Assembly (NCBI GenBank): GCA_902591415.1
Contig: CACJAU010000003.1
Span: 11,537-75,536 of the forward strand
DNA length: 64,000 nucleotides
Direction: 5' to 3'
Source: an uncultured Pelagibacteraceae bacterium
Lineage (GTDB): Bacteria > Pseudomonadota > Alphaproteobacteria > Pelagibacterales > Pelagibacteraceae
A program made the translations under genes and the position numbers. Positions 29,508-41,430 of this stretch are shown here, in pieces (positions within the stretch are counted from its first letter, which is position 1; each line of letters begins with the position of its first letter). Below the pieces are notes generated by a model. The model saw nothing but the letters and a program-made list of their open reading frames with translations, was not told the origin of the DNA and ran no database searches.

Positions 29508-29992
29508 AACTTGCCTTTAAGAACCTTTACAGTCGATTTAGTAACAAATCTATCTATATTGCCACCTAAACTGGCTATTTCTTTCACAAATTTTGACGAA
29601 ATTATCTGATTTTCAATATCTGACATTAAAAACATTGTCTCAATTTTAGTATTTAATTTTTTATTCATTCCTGCTAGTTGAAATTCGTATTCAAAATCTG
29701 AAACCGCTCTCAATCCTCTTATAATTGTATTAGCTTTATACTTTTTACATAAGTCAATTGTAAGATTAGAAAAAGCTACAATTTTAATTTTTCTTCTATC
29801 AAGTTTAAGATCTTTGAATAAAGAATTGTTTATAATTTCTAATCTATCTTCTTTAGAAAAATGATAATTTTTATTATAATTATCAGTGGTTGCTACAACA
29901 ATTTTATCGAAAATATTTAAAGATTTTTTTATCACATCTATATGCCCAAAAGTTATAGGGTCAAATGTGCCTGGATAAATAGCTACTTTCAT
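29504..29992 (-). CDS. coaD: Phosphopantetheine adenylyltransferase
   Basis: YPGTFDPIT.GH, RGLRAVSDFEYE, ISS..VKE. Confidence 0.97.
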   Translation of the reverse strand: MKVAIYPGTFDPITFGHIDVIKKSLNIFDKIVVATTDNYNKNYHFSKEDRLEIINNSLFKDLKLDRRKIKIVAFSNLTIDLCKKYKANTIIRGLRAVSDFEYEFQLAGMNKKLNTKIETMFLMSDIENQIISSKFVKEIASLGGNIDRFVTKSTVKVLKGKL

Positions 29993-32563
29993 TTATTGAA
30001 TATTGTCCTCAATTTTTATTACAGACACAACTTTTTCACTGCCTGATAATTTTTTAATTCTCACACCTTGAGTGTTTCTACCAGCTACTCTAATTTCTTT
30101 AACAGCACATCGCATGATACTTCCCTTATCAGTAGATAAAATAATTTCATCTGTCTCACTTACTACTAAAGATGAGGAAATATTTCCATTTCTGGGTGAA
30201 TTTATTATCCCAATAATTCCTTTACCGCCTCTGTTAGTAACCCTGTAGTCTAAATAAGAGGATCTTTTTCCAAACCCGTTTTCAGAAACTGAAAGAATGA
30301 ATTTATTTACCCCATTCTTAATTTTTTTATCTTTATTAATAGTTTTTGTGTCTATGTTCGAATTATCAATAATTGATAAAGATATTACTTTATCTTTTTC
30401 ACTTAATTTTATTCCCTTAATCCCTTTTGATGATCTGCCTTTAAATAATCTTAATTTTTTGGATTTAAATCTTATACATTTTCCAAATTGAGTACTTAAT
30501 AAAATATCTTGATCATCTCTGCATATTTTAACTCCGATTATTCTATCATCTTGATCTAATTTCATTGCAATTTTGCCACTATTATTAATATTTGCAAAAT
30601 CTTCTAATGTATTTTTTCTAACGTTGCCTTTTGCTGTTGCAAAAATTACCATTAAATTTTTCCATTCTGACTCATCTTCTGGTAAGGGCATAATGGAACT
30701 AATTGAATGATGGCTTTTTAAGGGAAGAATATTAAATATTGACTTGCCTTTAGATGCAGCGGTACCCTCCGGTATTTTGTGAGCTTTTATCTTATATACT
30801 AAACCTTGCGTAGAAAAAAATAGAACTGGTGTATGAGTATTAGCTGTAAATATTTGAACAACAAAATCCTCTTCACGAGTTGAAATACCTGTTTTCCCCT
30901 TGCCGCCTCTTTTTTGAGGTTTTAATGAATTTAAAGGACTTCGTTTTATATATCCTTGATTTGTTATGCTTATTACAACAGACTCTTTTTGAATAGTTTC
31001 CTCTATGTTATAATTTAATACAGCATCAATAATTTTAGTTTTTCTTGGTGAGGAGAATTTATCTTTAATAACTTCTAATTCTCTTATAATTAACTTATAA
31101 AGTTCCTTTTTTGAATTTATAATTTTATTGTACTCAATTATTAATTGTGCAAGTTTATTTATTTCACTCTCAATTTCATTAATTCCGAATGCAGTTAATT
31201 TTTGTAATCTTAATTCTAAAATCGAATTTACTTGCTCATTTGTAAGAGAATAACTCGTTATATTTTTCTTTTTTTCAATTAAGGATATTAATTTAATACT
31301 TTTTTTAATTTTCCATTTTTTCGCTAATAAATTTTTTTTAGCAATCTCAGTATCTTTTGAATTTTTTATTATCTTTATTACTTCGTCTATATTTTCAACC
31401 GCTGAAGCTATACCAATTAAGATGTGCGCCTTTTCCTCTGCTTTTTTTAAATCAAACTTTACCCTTTTGATAACAGTATCTTCTCTAAATTTTATAAATT
31501 CAGAAATAAATTCCTTTAAATTTAAAATTTTTGGCTTATTGTTTACTATAGCCAATGTATTAAAGCCAAAAGAACTTTCAATATTTGTTAATTTGTACAA
31601 TTGCCTTCTTATTGTTTCTGGTTCAATTGATTTCCTAAGTTCGATAACAACTCTTATACCTTCTCTATTTGACTCATCTCTTATATCTCTTATTCCCTCT
31701 ATTTTTTTATCTCTAACTAATTGAGCAATTTTTTCAATAAGAATTGATTTGTTTACCTGATATGGAATAGATTTTATAATTAACGTTTCCCTACCACTTT
31801 TTTTTTCTTCTAAATCAATTTCTCCTCTTATTTTGAATGAACCTCTTCCTTTATTATATCCTTGCTTGATAATATCTTTACCAATAATTATACCTCCAGT
31901 TGGAAAGTCTGGTCCTGGAACATGTTTCATTAATTGACCAATTGTAATGTCTTTATTATTTATGTATGCAATAGTTCCATCAATAATTTCACCTAAATTA
32001 TGAGGTGGTATACTTGTTGCCATTCCAACTGCTATTCCGCCAGCGCCATTAACTAGAATATTAGGATATTGAGAAGGGAGAACTTCTGGTTCTTTTTCAG
32101 TTTCATCATAATTGCTTCGATATAAAACAGTATTTTTTTCTAAATCTTCAGTTAAAAATTGTGCAATTTTACCTAACTTGGTTTCAGTATATCTCATTGC
32201 AGCTGGAGGGTCTCCATCAATAGATCCGAAATTTCCTTGACCTGAAATTAATGGTACACTCATAGAAAAATCTTGGACAAGTCTGACCAAAGCATCATAA
32301 ACCGATTGATCTCCATGAGGATGATATTTACCAATGACATCTCCCACTATACGTGCAGATTTTCTAAAAGGTTTAGACCAATCATATCCTCCTTTATACA
32401 TTGCATATATAATTCTTCTGTGCACTGGTTTTAATCCGTCTCTTACGTCAGGTAGAGCTCTACTCACAATTACGCTCATAGCGTAAGACAAATAAGATGA
32501 ACTCATCTCATCTTGTACAAATATAGGTTTAAATTTATTATTCTCTACAGTATTTTTTTCCAT
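29993..32563 (-). CDS. gyrA: DNA gyrase subunit A
   Basis: RALPDVRDGLKP, HPHGD, AAMRYTE, GyrA-box QKRGGKG. Confidence 0.97.
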   Translation of the reverse strand: MEKNTVENNKFKPIFVQDEMSSSYLSYAMSVIVSRALPDVRDGLKPVHRRIIYAMYKGGYDWSKPFRKSARIVGDVIGKYHPHGDQSVYDALVRLVQDFSMSVPLISGQGNFGSIDGDPPAAMRYTETKLGKIAQFLTEDLEKNTVLYRSNYDETEKEPEVLPSQYPNILVNGAGGIAVGMATSIPPHNLGEIIDGTIAYINNKDITIGQLMKHVPGPDFPTGGIIIGKDIIKQGYNKGRGSFKIRGEIDLEEKKSGRETLIIKSIPYQVNKSILIEKIAQLVRDKKIEGIRDIRDESNREGIRVVIELRKSIEPETIRRQLYKLTNIESSFGFNTLAIVNNKPKILNLKEFISEFIKFREDTVIKRVKFDLKKAEEKAHILIGIASAVENIDEVIKIIKNSKDTEIAKKNLLAKKWKIKKSIKLISLIEKKKNITSYSLTNEQVNSILELRLQKLTAFGINEIESEINKLAQLIIEYNKIINSKKELYKLIIRELEVIKDKFSSPRKTKIIDAVLNYNIEETIQKESVVISITNQGYIKRSPLNSLKPQKRGGKGKTGISTREEDFVVQIFTANTHTPVLFFSTQGLVYKIKAHKIPEGTAASKGKSIFNILPLKSHHSISSIMPLPEDESEWKNLMVIFATAKGNVRKNTLEDFANINNSGKIAMKLDQDDRIIGVKICRDDQDILLSTQFGKCIRFKSKKLRLFKGRSSKGIKGIKLSEKDKVISLSIIDNSNIDTKTINKDKKIKNGVNKFILSVSENGFGKRSSYLDYRVTNRGGKGIIGIINSPRNGNISSSLVVSETDEIILSTDKGSIMRCAVKEIRVAGRNTQGVRIKKLSGSEKVVSVIKIEDNIQ

Positions 32564-32569
32564 GAAATT

Positions 32570-33028
32570 TTAGAAGGGAATTTCATCATCTAAATCAGAG
32601 CTATCTTGATTCAGATTATCATTAGGTAGCGAGCTTTTATTTTCAGTGACTAAATTTGAATTACCATTATTACTTCTACTATCCAACATGGTTAAGCTAG
32701 AGTTATATCCTTGAAGAACTATTTCTGTAGAATATTTATCTTGACCAGTAGCCTCGTCTTTCCATTTTCTTGTGCTTAATTGGCCTTCTACATAAACATT
32801 TGCTCCTTTTTTTACGTATTGTTGCACTACATTGACTAATCCCTCATTAAAAATAACAACCCTGTGCCACTCAGTTTTTTCTTTTCTCTCTCCACTAGAT
32901 TTATCTTTCCAGCTTTGACTAGTGGCTATACTAAGTCTAGCAACACTTTTTCCATTTACCATTTGCTTAATTTCAGGGTCTGCGCCTAAACGACCTATTA
33001 ATTGTACTTTATTTAAACTTCCAGCCAT
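32570..33028 (-). CDS. ssb: Single-stranded DNA-binding protein
   Basis: LNKVQLIGRLG.DPE, TEWHRV, C-terminal DDEIPF. Confidence 0.98.
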   Translation of the reverse strand: MAGSLNKVQLIGRLGADPEIKQMVNGKSVARLSIATSQSWKDKSSGERKEKTEWHRVVIFNEGLVNVVQQYVKKGANVYVEGQLSTRKWKDEATGQDKYSTEIVLQGYNSSLTMLDSRSNNGNSNLVTENKSSLPNDNLNQDSSDLDDEIPF

Positions 33029-33128
33029 AATAATTTTGAATAAATTAAGATTATTTATTTATAAAAGTAATTATTTATATCATAATTAACTAATAATTAT
33101 AAGGTGTATGTTATTTTAAGGAAAAAAT

Positions 33129-36008
33129 ATGTTGAAAAAAATCGTTGTAAAAGGCGCTAAAGAACACAACCTGAAAAATGTTTCTCTCGAAATCCCAAAA
33201 GAGAAATTAGTAGTCATAACAGGTCTTTCTGGGTCAGGAAAATCGTCTTTAGCATTTGACACAATATATGCTGAGGGTCAAAGAAGATATGTAGAAAGTC
33301 TTTCCTCTTATGCTAGACAATTTTTAGATAAAATGAAAAAACCAAAAGTAGATTTAATAGAGGGCTTAAGTCCAGCTATATCTATAGAACAGAAAAATAC
33401 ATCAAAGAATCCAAGATCTACCGTTGCAACAGTAACTGAGATCTATGATTATATGAGAGTCTTATTTGCTAGAGTCGGAATTCCCTATTCTCCTTTTACA
33501 GGAAAGCCAATAGTCTCACAGCCAATTAGTGAAATGGTTGATAAAATTAAAAAATTACCAAAAGATAGCACGATATATCTTCTTGCGCCTATAGTAAGAG
33601 GAAGAAAAGGAGAATATAAAAAGGAAATTTTAAACTATAAAAAGAGAGGTTTTACAAAAATCAAAGTAGACGGAAAATATCTTAATATAGAAGAGTTTCC
33701 AAATTTAAATAAAAAATTAAAACATGAAATATCTATAATTGTAGACAGAGTAATTCTTAATTCAAATCTTGGAAACAGGTTAGCAGATAGTGTAGAAACT
33801 GCTGTAAATCTCTCTAATGGATTGCTCGTAGTAGAATATGAGAATGAAACGTTACCAAAAAAGTTTAGAAAACTTGAAACTATAACTTTTTCTTCAAAAT
33901 TTTCTTGTCCAGAAAGCGGCTTTACTATTGAAGAAATTGAACCAAGGCTTTTTTCTTTTAACTCTCCTTATGGTGCATGCGAAGAATGTGAGGGAATAGG
34001 ACATAACCTTAATGTTGACCCAAACCTGGTTGTTTCGGATCCAAAAAAAAGTCTTCAAGATGGAGTGATTGAACCTTGGGCTAAATCTACCTCCCTTTAC
34101 TATGCACAAACTTTAGCATCAATTGCTAAACATTATAAAATATCAATGACAGATACATGGAGAAAAATTCCAAAAAAAATTCAAGATGTAATTTTATACG
34201 GTTCAGATGAAGAAGAAATTAAATTTTCATATGATGATGGATACGAGGCTTATACAACTAAAAAAACATTTGAAGGTGTAGTTAACAACCTTGAAAGACG
34301 ATATTTAGAAACTGACAGTGAATGGAAACGAGAAGAAATATCTCAGTATCAAAGTGAGACAGCATGTGAAAAATGCAAAGGGATGAGACTGAAAGATGAG
34401 GCTCTTTGTGTAAAAATTAATTCATTAAATATTAGTGAGGTTACAGAAAAATCAATTGATGAGGCTCAAAAATGGTTTGAAAATTTACAAAATGTTTTAA
34501 CGGAACGTGAAAACAAAATAGCTCAGCATATTTTAAAAGAAATTAACGAAAGACTTAACTTTCTTTTAAATGTTGGTTTAAATTATTTAACCTTATCAAG
34601 AGAGTCAGGTACATTGTCTGGAGGGGAAGCGCAAAGAATAAGACTGGCTTCTCAAATTGGTTCAGGACTAACAGGTGTTTTATATGTGTTAGATGAACCT
34701 TCAATAGGTTTACATCAAAGAGATAATAAAAAATTAATCAAAGCACTTAAAAAATTAAGAGATTTAGGAAATACTGTGATTGTGGTTGAACATGATATTG
34801 AAACTATGGAAAATTCAGACCATATTATTGATATAGGACCTGAAGCTGGATTGAATGGAGGCCAAATAGTAGCTAATGGAACAGTCAAAGAAATTATTTC
34901 TAATGAAAAAAGTATAACTGGTGACTATTTGTCTGGAAAGAAATTTATAGCTATTCCAAAAAAAAGAAGATCTGCAAAAAACGGAAGATTTATTGAAATT
35001 AGCGGTGCGAGTGGAAATAATTTAAAAAAGGTAAATTTAAAAATTCCTGTTGGTACATTTACATGCGTAACAGGTGTATCTGGTAGCGGTAAGTCAACTT
35101 TAATTTTACATACTCTATATAATGCATTTAATTTAATGTTAAATAAAAATAAAAGTCGCAAAGTTCCAAAAGCTTTCACTGGTTTTAAAGGAACTGAATT
35201 GATAGACAAAATAATAGACATTGATCAATCCCCTATTGGAAGAACGCCTAGATCTAACCCTGCTACTTACACAGGCGCCTTTGGACCTATAAGGGAATGG
35301 TTTGCAGGATTACCCGAGTCTAAAGCAAGAGGATACAAAGTTGGAAGGTATTCTTTTAATGTAAAAGGTGGGAGATGTGAAACATGTGAAGGTGATGGAG
35401 TTATAACCTATGAAATGCATTTTTTACCTGATGTATTTATTCCTTGTGATACATGTAAAGGTGCAAGATATAATAGGGAAACATTAGAAATTAGGTTCAA
35501 AAATAAGAATATTGCAGACGTTCTAGATATGACTGTTGAAGAGGGATGCGAATTTTTTGAGAACATACAATCAATAAGATCAAAATTAATAACACTAAAA
35601 CATGTCGGTCTTGGTTATATGAAAATAGGTCAACAAGCTACAACGTTATCCGGCGGTGAAGCTCAAAGAATTAAATTAGCAAAAGAACTATCAAAAAGAC
35701 CAACTGGAAGGACTTTATATATACTAGATGAACCCACAACTGGATTGCATTCGCACGATATAAAAAAATTATTAGAAATTCTCCAAGCATTCGCAAATAC
35801 TGGAAATACAGTAGTTGTAATAGAGCATAATTTAGATGTTATCAAAACAGCCGACCATATAATTGATATGGGTCCTGAGGGCGGTGTAAATGGTGGAAAA
35901 ATCATTGCTGAGGGTACTCCTGAAAAAGTTTCTACAGTAAAAGAGAGTTATACAGGCAAATTTATTAAAGAAATTATGGTTGAAAATCCTATGAAAAAAA
36001 CTGCTTAA
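33129..36008 (+). CDS. uvrA: Excinuclease ABC subunit A
   Basis: Two ABC domains ([24 protein letters not shown] x2) and Zn fingers. Confidence 0.98.
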   Translation: MLKKIVVKGAKEHNLKNVSLEIPKEKLVVITGLSGSGKSSLAFDTIYAEGQRRYVESLSSYARQFLDKMKKPKVDLIEGLSPAISIEQKNTSKNPRSTVATVTEIYDYMRVLFARVGIPYSPFTGKPIVSQPISEMVDKIKKLPKDSTIYLLAPIVRGRKGEYKKEILNYKKRGFTKIKVDGKYLNIEEFPNLNKKLKHEISIIVDRVILNSNLGNRLADSVETAVNLSNGLLVVEYENETLPKKFRKLETITFSSKFSCPESGFTIEEIEPRLFSFNSPYGACEECEGIGHNLNVDPNLVVSDPKKSLQDGVIEPWAKSTSLYYAQTLASIAKHYKISMTDTWRKIPKKIQDVILYGSDEEEIKFSYDDGYEAYTTKKTFEGVVNNLERRYLETDSEWKREEISQYQSETACEKCKGMRLKDEALCVKINSLNISEVTEKSIDEAQKWFENLQNVLTERENKIAQHILKEINERLNFLLNVGLNYLTLSRESGTLSGGEAQRIRLASQIGSGLTGVLYVLDEPSIGLHQRDNKKLIKALKKLRDLGNTVIVVEHDIETMENSDHIIDIGPEAGLNGGQIVANGTVKEIISNEKSITGDYLSGKKFIAIPKKRRSAKNGRFIEISGASGNNLKKVNLKIPVGTFTCVTGVSGSGKSTLILHTLYNAFNLMLNKNKSRKVPKAFTGFKGTELIDKIIDIDQSPIGRTPRSNPATYTGAFGPIREWFAGLPESKARGYKVGRYSFNVKGGRCETCEGDGVITYEMHFLPDVFIPCDTCKGARYNRETLEIRFKNKNIADVLDMTVEEGCEFFENIQSIRSKLITLKHVGLGYMKIGQQATTLSGGEAQRIKLAKELSKRPTGRTLYILDEPTTGLHSHDIKKLLEILQAFANTGNTVVVIEHNLDVIKTADHIIDMGPEGGVNGGKIIAEGTPEKVSTVKESYTGKFIKEIMVENPMKKTA

Positions 36009-36034
36009 AATTTAAAAATATGTTAAAATAGACT

Positions 36035-36640
36035 ATGATCAAGATTCTACAATCCCTATCAAAAACAGTACATCTTTCATTAGCTTTGACTATTATTCTA
36101 TTTTTAGGATTTCATTTTGGAGCAAGTGATTTTGCTTTTGACAGAGGTTTTTACAGTTGGTTATTCAGATATTTACATGTTTTGACTGGGATAATGTGGA
36201 TAGGGTTGCTTTGGTATTTTAACTTTGTTCAGATTCCGTCAATGCCAAACATACCAGATGAACATAAACCAGCTGTTAGCAAAGTGATTGCACCAAAAGC
36301 TTTATTTTGGTTTAGATGGGCCGCATTAGGAACAATAATAACTGGTTTGATTGTAGCTTACTTGCAAGGATACGTTCATCAAGCTATGATACTAGGTATT
36401 GGAAGCGAAGATCCTAAGAATACAGCTATCGGTATTGGAATGTGGCTAGGAATAATTATGGCTTACAACGTTTGGTTCGTTATTTGGCCAAATCAAAAAA
36501 AAGCTTTAGGCATAGTTGAAGCTTCACCAGAAGATAAGGCTAGTTCTGCAAAAACTGCGATGATCTTTTCCAGAATAAATACTCTTTTATCTATTCCAAT
36601 GCTACTAACAATGGTGGCAGCACAAAACCTTCCTTGGTAA
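36035..36640 (+). CDS. Urate-oxidase-N/PuuD-like (COG3748) membrane protein lacking a cytochrome c domain
   Basis: RYLHV..GIMWIG..WYFN, FWFRWAA, M.YNVWFVIWPNQ, SRINT. Confidence 0.7.
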   Translation: MIKILQSLSKTVHLSLALTIILFLGFHFGASDFAFDRGFYSWLFRYLHVLTGIMWIGLLWYFNFVQIPSMPNIPDEHKPAVSKVIAPKALFWFRWAALGTIITGLIVAYLQGYVHQAMILGIGSEDPKNTAIGIGMWLGIIMAYNVWFVIWPNQKKALGIVEASPEDKASSAKTAMIFSRINTLLSIPMLLTMVAAQNLPW

Positions 36641-36644
36641 ATAT

Positions 36645-37538
36645 TTAAGGAACTATTTTTTCTTCTTCTTTTTCTATAGTTTTATAACTTACTTTGAAAT
36701 ATTTTAGAATTGGAGAAGCAACAAATATAGATGAGTACGTTCCTATTAAAACACCTAAAATCATAGCAAAAGAAAATCCTCTTAAAATTTCACCACCTAA
36801 AATAAATATTGAAAACAATGCAAGCAAAGTTGTAATAGATGTTATTATAGTACGAGCAAGAGTTTCATTAATTGATAAATTTGCAATATCGTTAATATTT
36901 AATCTATGAAACTTTCCTAGATTTTCTCTAATTCTATCGTATATTACTACTGTATCATTCATTGAATATCCAACAATAGTAAGCACTGCTGCAATTATAG
37001 AAAGGTTTATTTCTAGAGATAACAATGAAAAAATTCCTAACGTTATTATTACATCATGAAATAATGCAATGATCGACCCAATACTAAATTGCCATTCAAA
37101 CCTGACCCAAATATAAAAAAGCATAGCAGCTAATGATAAAGAAATAGCGATTATTCCTGATTGTAATAACTCTGAACTTACCTTTGGTCCAACATTTTCC
37201 ACTCTTCTAAAATTCACCTCAGAATTTAAATTATCAGATAAGTTTTTTTTAATTTCTGGAATTATTTTATTACCACCTTTTTGTTCAACTTTGATTAAAT
37301 AATCACCTTCTTTTCCAAATTTTTTTACATTTACATCTCCTAAATCCATATTTTTAAGAATATCTCTAATTGAAGAGGCTTCCGTGTTTATTGATCTTAG
37401 TTCAATAAGAGTTCCTCCTTTAAAATCAATTCCATAATTTAACCCTTTAAATGTAATTAAAATTATACTAATGAAAAATAAAATTATTGATAAAATATTG
37501 GCGTGTTTAAACTTTGAAGAAAAATTATAATTTGTCAT
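36645..37538 (-). CDS. secF: Protein translocase subunit SecF
   Basis: GIDFKGG, VGPKVS.EL, HD, GYSMNDTVVIYDRIRE. Confidence 0.96.
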   Translation of the reverse strand: MTNYNFSSKFKHANILSIILFFISIILITFKGLNYGIDFKGGTLIELRSINTEASSIRDILKNMDLGDVNVKKFGKEGDYLIKVEQKGGNKIIPEIKKNLSDNLNSEVNFRRVENVGPKVSSELLQSGIIAISLSLAAMLFYIWVRFEWQFSIGSIIALFHDVIITLGIFSLLSLEINLSIIAAVLTIVGYSMNDTVVIYDRIRENLGKFHRLNINDIANLSINETLARTIITSITTLLALFSIFILGGEILRGFSFAMILGVLIGTYSSIFVASPILKYFKVSYKTIEKEEEKIVP

Positions 37539-39082
37539 TAAATTTTTATCTCTTTATTCTTGTTGTTTAAAACAACTAATGAAGTTAAATGTCTTGCCAA
37601 AAAGTATGCTGTAAAAAGTGTGGTAATAATTCCAATACCTAAAGTAATAGCAAATCCTTTAACTGGACCTGATCCAAAAGCAAATAAAATAACTGCAGCA
37701 ATTAAAGTAGTAATATTTGCATCTAAAACTGTTATTTTGGCCCTTGTATAACCTGAGTCAAATGCATGAATAATTGATTTTTCTGTTTTTAACTCTTCTC
37801 TAATTCTTTCAAAAATTAGAACGTTTGCATCTACAGCCATACCAACAGTTAAAATTATACCTGCAATTCCTGGTAAGGTAAGTGTGGCTTCTAAAATAGT
37901 TAATATGCCAATTAACATTAATAAATTTGCTATTAGAGCTGTGTTTGCAATTAATCCAAAGATTCTATATTTGTAAAGCATAAACAAAATTACTAAAATA
38001 AAACCTACTATTAATGATGTTACTCCAGATTTTATGGAGTCTTCACCTAAATCTGGTCCAACTGTTCTTTCTTCCACAACAATTAATGGTGTAGGTAAAG
38101 CTCCAGAACGAAGAAGTAGTGCTAAATCTGTTGCCTCTTGAAAACTAAAATTTCCAGAGATCATTCCATTACCGGAAGTAATAGGTTCATTTATATTTGG
38201 AGCACTTATGATTTCTCCATCTAAAACTATAGCCAATCTTTTTCCAACATTATCAGTAGTAGCTCTACCAAATTTTTGAGCACCTAATCTATCTAAAGTA
38301 AAAGATACTGTTGGTGAATTACTCTGGTTTTGAATACTTGGTTGAGCATCTATTAAGTTTTCCCCACTCATTATTATTCTCTTACTAATATTTAATTTTT
38401 CACCATTATCTGAAATTAGTTCCTCAGTACCAAATTCTTTATTATCCGTAACAAGTCTAAAATTTAACTGTGCTGTTTTTCCTAATAAAGATTTTATTCT
38501 TTCGGGATCTTTAAGGCCGGGAAGCTCTACTAGTATTCTCTTTTCTCCTCTCTGAAGAATTGTGGGTTCTTTCGTACCTACATCATCAATTCTTCTTCGA
38601 ACAATTTCAATAGATTGTTTTAGAGCAGAATTATTAATTGTGAGCATTCCAAATTTTGAAAAAGATATTTCAACTTTTGAATTATTTAATTTTTTAAAAT
38701 CTAATTCAAATGATCTATATTTTTCAATATAAGGATTAACAATATTATCCTTTTTTGAATTAAAAATCAGTTCAAACTTGTCTATATCATCTAAATTAAA
38801 TGATAAACTTTTTTCAGTTATTATAAAATTATTAAATTTTATACCATTATCTTTTAAAAGTTTTTTTATAGGTATAACTTTAGATTGAATTTTTTCTTCT
38901 ATTAAACTTTTAGAATTAATTTCTAATAATAAATATGATCCTCCTTGAAGATCTAAACCTAAATTAATTTTTTTTTTTAAAAATTTATTATCTTGATCTT
39001 GAAAATTAAGAAGTGAAAAAATACCTATTGTAAAAAATAGAAGATAAATTATAAAAATATTTATTTTAGAAAAATTTAACAC
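37538..39082 (-). CDS. secD: Protein translocase subunit SecD
   Basis: LGLDLQGG, LRSGALP, GMAVDANVLIFERIRE. Confidence 0.96.
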   Translation of the reverse strand: MLNFSKINIFIIYLLFFTIGIFSLLNFQDQDNKFLKKKINLGLDLQGGSYLLLEINSKSLIEEKIQSKVIPIKKLLKDNGIKFNNFIITEKSLSFNLDDIDKFELIFNSKKDNIVNPYIEKYRSFELDFKKLNNSKVEISFSKFGMLTINNSALKQSIEIVRRRIDDVGTKEPTILQRGEKRILVELPGLKDPERIKSLLGKTAQLNFRLVTDNKEFGTEELISDNGEKLNISKRIIMSGENLIDAQPSIQNQSNSPTVSFTLDRLGAQKFGRATTDNVGKRLAIVLDGEIISAPNINEPITSGNGMISGNFSFQEATDLALLLRSGALPTPLIVVEERTVGPDLGEDSIKSGVTSLIVGFILVILFMLYKYRIFGLIANTALIANLLMLIGILTILEATLTLPGIAGIILTVGMAVDANVLIFERIREELKTEKSIIHAFDSGYTRAKITVLDANITTLIAAVILFAFGSGPVKGFAITLGIGIITTLFTAYFLARHLTSLVVLNNKNKEIKI

Positions 39083-39091
39083 GAAAAAGAA

Positions 39092-39376
39092 TTATTTTTT
39101 AATTTCTTCTTTTTTAAGTAAACTTGTAATAGTAGATCTTATAATTTGGACTTTTGTATTTTCTCCAATAATGACCTCGATACGATCATCTTCCATTACT
39201 CTATCAACAATACCTATTATTCCACCAGAAGTAATCACTTCATCTCCTCTTTTTAATGACTCTACCATTGCTTTATGATCTTTCACTCTTTTCTGCTGGG
39301 GTCTAATTAAAAAGAAATAAAAAATTACAAAAATTAATATTAAAGGTATAAACTGTGCAATTCCTTGTCCGCTCAT
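39092..39376 (-). CDS. yajC: Preprotein translocase subunit YajC
   Basis: FYFFLIRPQQKR, GDEVITSGG; ATG at 39376. Confidence 0.95.
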   Translation of the reverse strand: MSGQGIAQFIPLILIFVIFYFFLIRPQQKRVKDHKAMVESLKRGDEVITSGGIIGIVDRVMEDDRIEVIIGENTKVQIIRSTITSLLKKEEIKK

Positions 39377-39422
39377 GAAAAACAATTATATGAAAAACTT
39401 TAGATTAACAAGCAAATTATAA

Positions 39423-40670
39423 TTAAATTTTTTCTAGATTATTCATGTATTTTTTTAATACATTTGGGATATTAATTGATCCATCTTCATTTTGATTGTT
39501 CTCTAAAAGAGCTATCATAAGTCTTCCTACCGCCAAACCTGAGCCATTTAAAGTTCCAACAAATTCGTTCCCGTTATCAGATTTATATTTAGCACCCATA
39601 CGCCTAGCTTGAAATGAGCCACAAGATGAACAACTGGATATTTCTCTAAATTTTCTTTCAGAAGGGATCCATGCTTCGATATCATAAGTTTTCTCAGCAC
39701 TAAAACCCATATCACCAGATGAAAGTAAAACAACTTGGTAAGGTATTTCTAATTTTTCTAATATTTTTTCAGCACAACTTAGCATTCGTTCTAATTCAAT
39801 AATACAATTAGTAGGTTCAACAATACTTACTAATTCAACTTTGTAAAATTGATGTTGTCTAATCATACCTTTTGTATCTTTTCCATAACTTCCAGCTTCT
39901 TTTCTAAAACATGGAGTTGAAGCAACAAATCTCATAGGTAATTGACTTTTATCAATTATCGACTTTCTAACTAAGTTAGTCAAAACTACCTCTGCAGTTG
40001 GAATTAAAAATTTTCTTTGATCTTGCTTATCAAATTTTATTTCAAACTGGTCTTCTTCAAATTTAGGTAATTGACCGGTTCCGAACATAACATCTTCATT
40101 TACAATAAGTGGAGGGGAAATCTCCATATACTTAAATTCATTGACATGAATATCTAACATAAAATTAATTAATGCTCGTTCCAATAAAGCATATTTATCT
40201 TTTAAAACTACAAATCTAGACCCGGATAATTTCGTCGAAATTTCAAAATCAATATTATTTTTTTTACCACCTAATTCAACGTGAGATTTTACTTTAAATG
40301 AAAAATTTCTAACATCTCCCACTTTCTTAATTAACTTATTAGATTTTTCATCTTTGCCTACCGGAACTTCATCAAGTGCTATGTTAGGTAAAGAAAAAAT
40401 TATTTTATTTAATTCATTTTGACTTATTGCTTGTTTTTTTTCTAAAACTGAAATTTCTTCAGAAATCTTTTTCGATTCTTTAAAATTAGCTTTATCTTTA
40501 GATTTTGAAATTTTTTTTTTTTCTTGTTCTAGTTTCTCTTTGTTATTAATTAATTCTCTATTTAATGTATCTTTTTTATTAAAATCATCAATATTAAAGT
40601 TGACATTTCGATCTTGAAATTTTTTTTTTAAAAAATCTAAATTTTTTCTTAAATCTTTTAAATTATGCAT
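39423..40670 (-). CDS. serS: Serine--tRNA ligase
   Basis: GTGQLPKF, LIPTAE, FRKEAG, RQHQF.KVE, EISSCS, LNGSGLAVGR. Confidence 0.97.
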   Translation of the reverse strand: MHNLKDLRKNLDFLKKKFQDRNVNFNIDDFNKKDTLNRELINNKEKLEQEKKKISKSKDKANFKESKKISEEISVLEKKQAISQNELNKIIFSLPNIALDEVPVGKDEKSNKLIKKVGDVRNFSFKVKSHVELGGKKNNIDFEISTKLSGSRFVVLKDKYALLERALINFMLDIHVNEFKYMEISPPLIVNEDVMFGTGQLPKFEEDQFEIKFDKQDQRKFLIPTAEVVLTNLVRKSIIDKSQLPMRFVASTPCFRKEAGSYGKDTKGMIRQHQFYKVELVSIVEPTNCIIELERMLSCAEKILEKLEIPYQVVLLSSGDMGFSAEKTYDIEAWIPSERKFREISSCSSCGSFQARRMGAKYKSDNGNEFVGTLNGSGLAVGRLMIALLENNQNEDGSINIPNVLKKYMNNLEKI

Positions 40671-41430
40671 CTTTTAAATTTTCTTTTTTATTTTTTTTTT
40701 CAGTGAATCGAACAGTTATTATAGATAACTCATAAAGCAATAAAAGAGGTATTGCCAGACCAACTTGTGTAATAGGATCAGGAGGAGTTAAAATTGCTGC
40801 TACTGTAAAGATAATTACAATTACATATCTCCTCGTTTTTTTTAGATATTTTGAGTTTACAACCCCAATACGTGCTAACAAATTTAGCAAAATTGGTAAT
40901 TGAAAACTAATTCCAAAAGCAAATATTAATCTCATTATTAATGACAAATATTCATTTACTTTTGCCTCAAGTTGAATTGGCAAACTTGTGCTAGATCCCA
41001 TAGTTTCAAATGATAAAAAAAACTTTATAGCTAGTGGCATTACTAGATAATATACAAGCATACCACCAAACAAAAAAAGTATAGGAGTGGAAATTAAATA
41101 AGGTAACAAAGCTTTTTTTTCATTATTGTATAAACCTGGGGCAATAAACTTATAAATTTGAATGAGTAAAACTGGACTTCCAAAAAAAATAGCAGCAAAA
41201 AATGCAACTTTTAAATACGTGATAAAAGTTTCATGTAAAGCTGTAAAAATTAAACGTCTTGAAGTAAGATCATCTTTTACAGCTTCTGCATAAGGATTTA
41301 CTAAAAAAGAATAAATATGCTCAGCAAACGTGTAAGCTACAATAAATATAATTAAAATAAAAATTATCGATTTAATTAATCTAGATCGTAGTTCAATAAA
41401 GTGACTTGTAAATGAATTTTTATCACTCAT
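40663..41430 (-). CDS. tatC: Twin-arginine translocase TatC
   Basis: H..ELRSRL, FIAPGLY..E, FQLP, AILTPPD. Confidence 0.96.
   Translation of the reverse strand: MSDKNSFTSHFIELRSRLIKSIIFILIIFIVAYTFAEHIYSFLVNPYAEAVKDDLTSRRLIFTALHETFITYLKVAFFAAIFFGSPVLLIQIYKFIAPGLYNNEKKALLPYLISTPILFLFGGMLVYYLVMPLAIKFFLSFETMGSSTSLPIQLEAKVNEYLSLIMRLIFAFGISFQLPILLNLLARIGVVNSKYLKKTRRYVIVIIFTVAAILTPPDPITQVGLAIPLLLLYELSIITVRFTEKKNKKENLKDA

Noticed and set aside
33029-33128. LexA box in the ssb-uvrA divergent promoter
   Set aside because: No alphaproteobacterial GTTC-N7-GTTC or GAAC-N7-GAAC is visible
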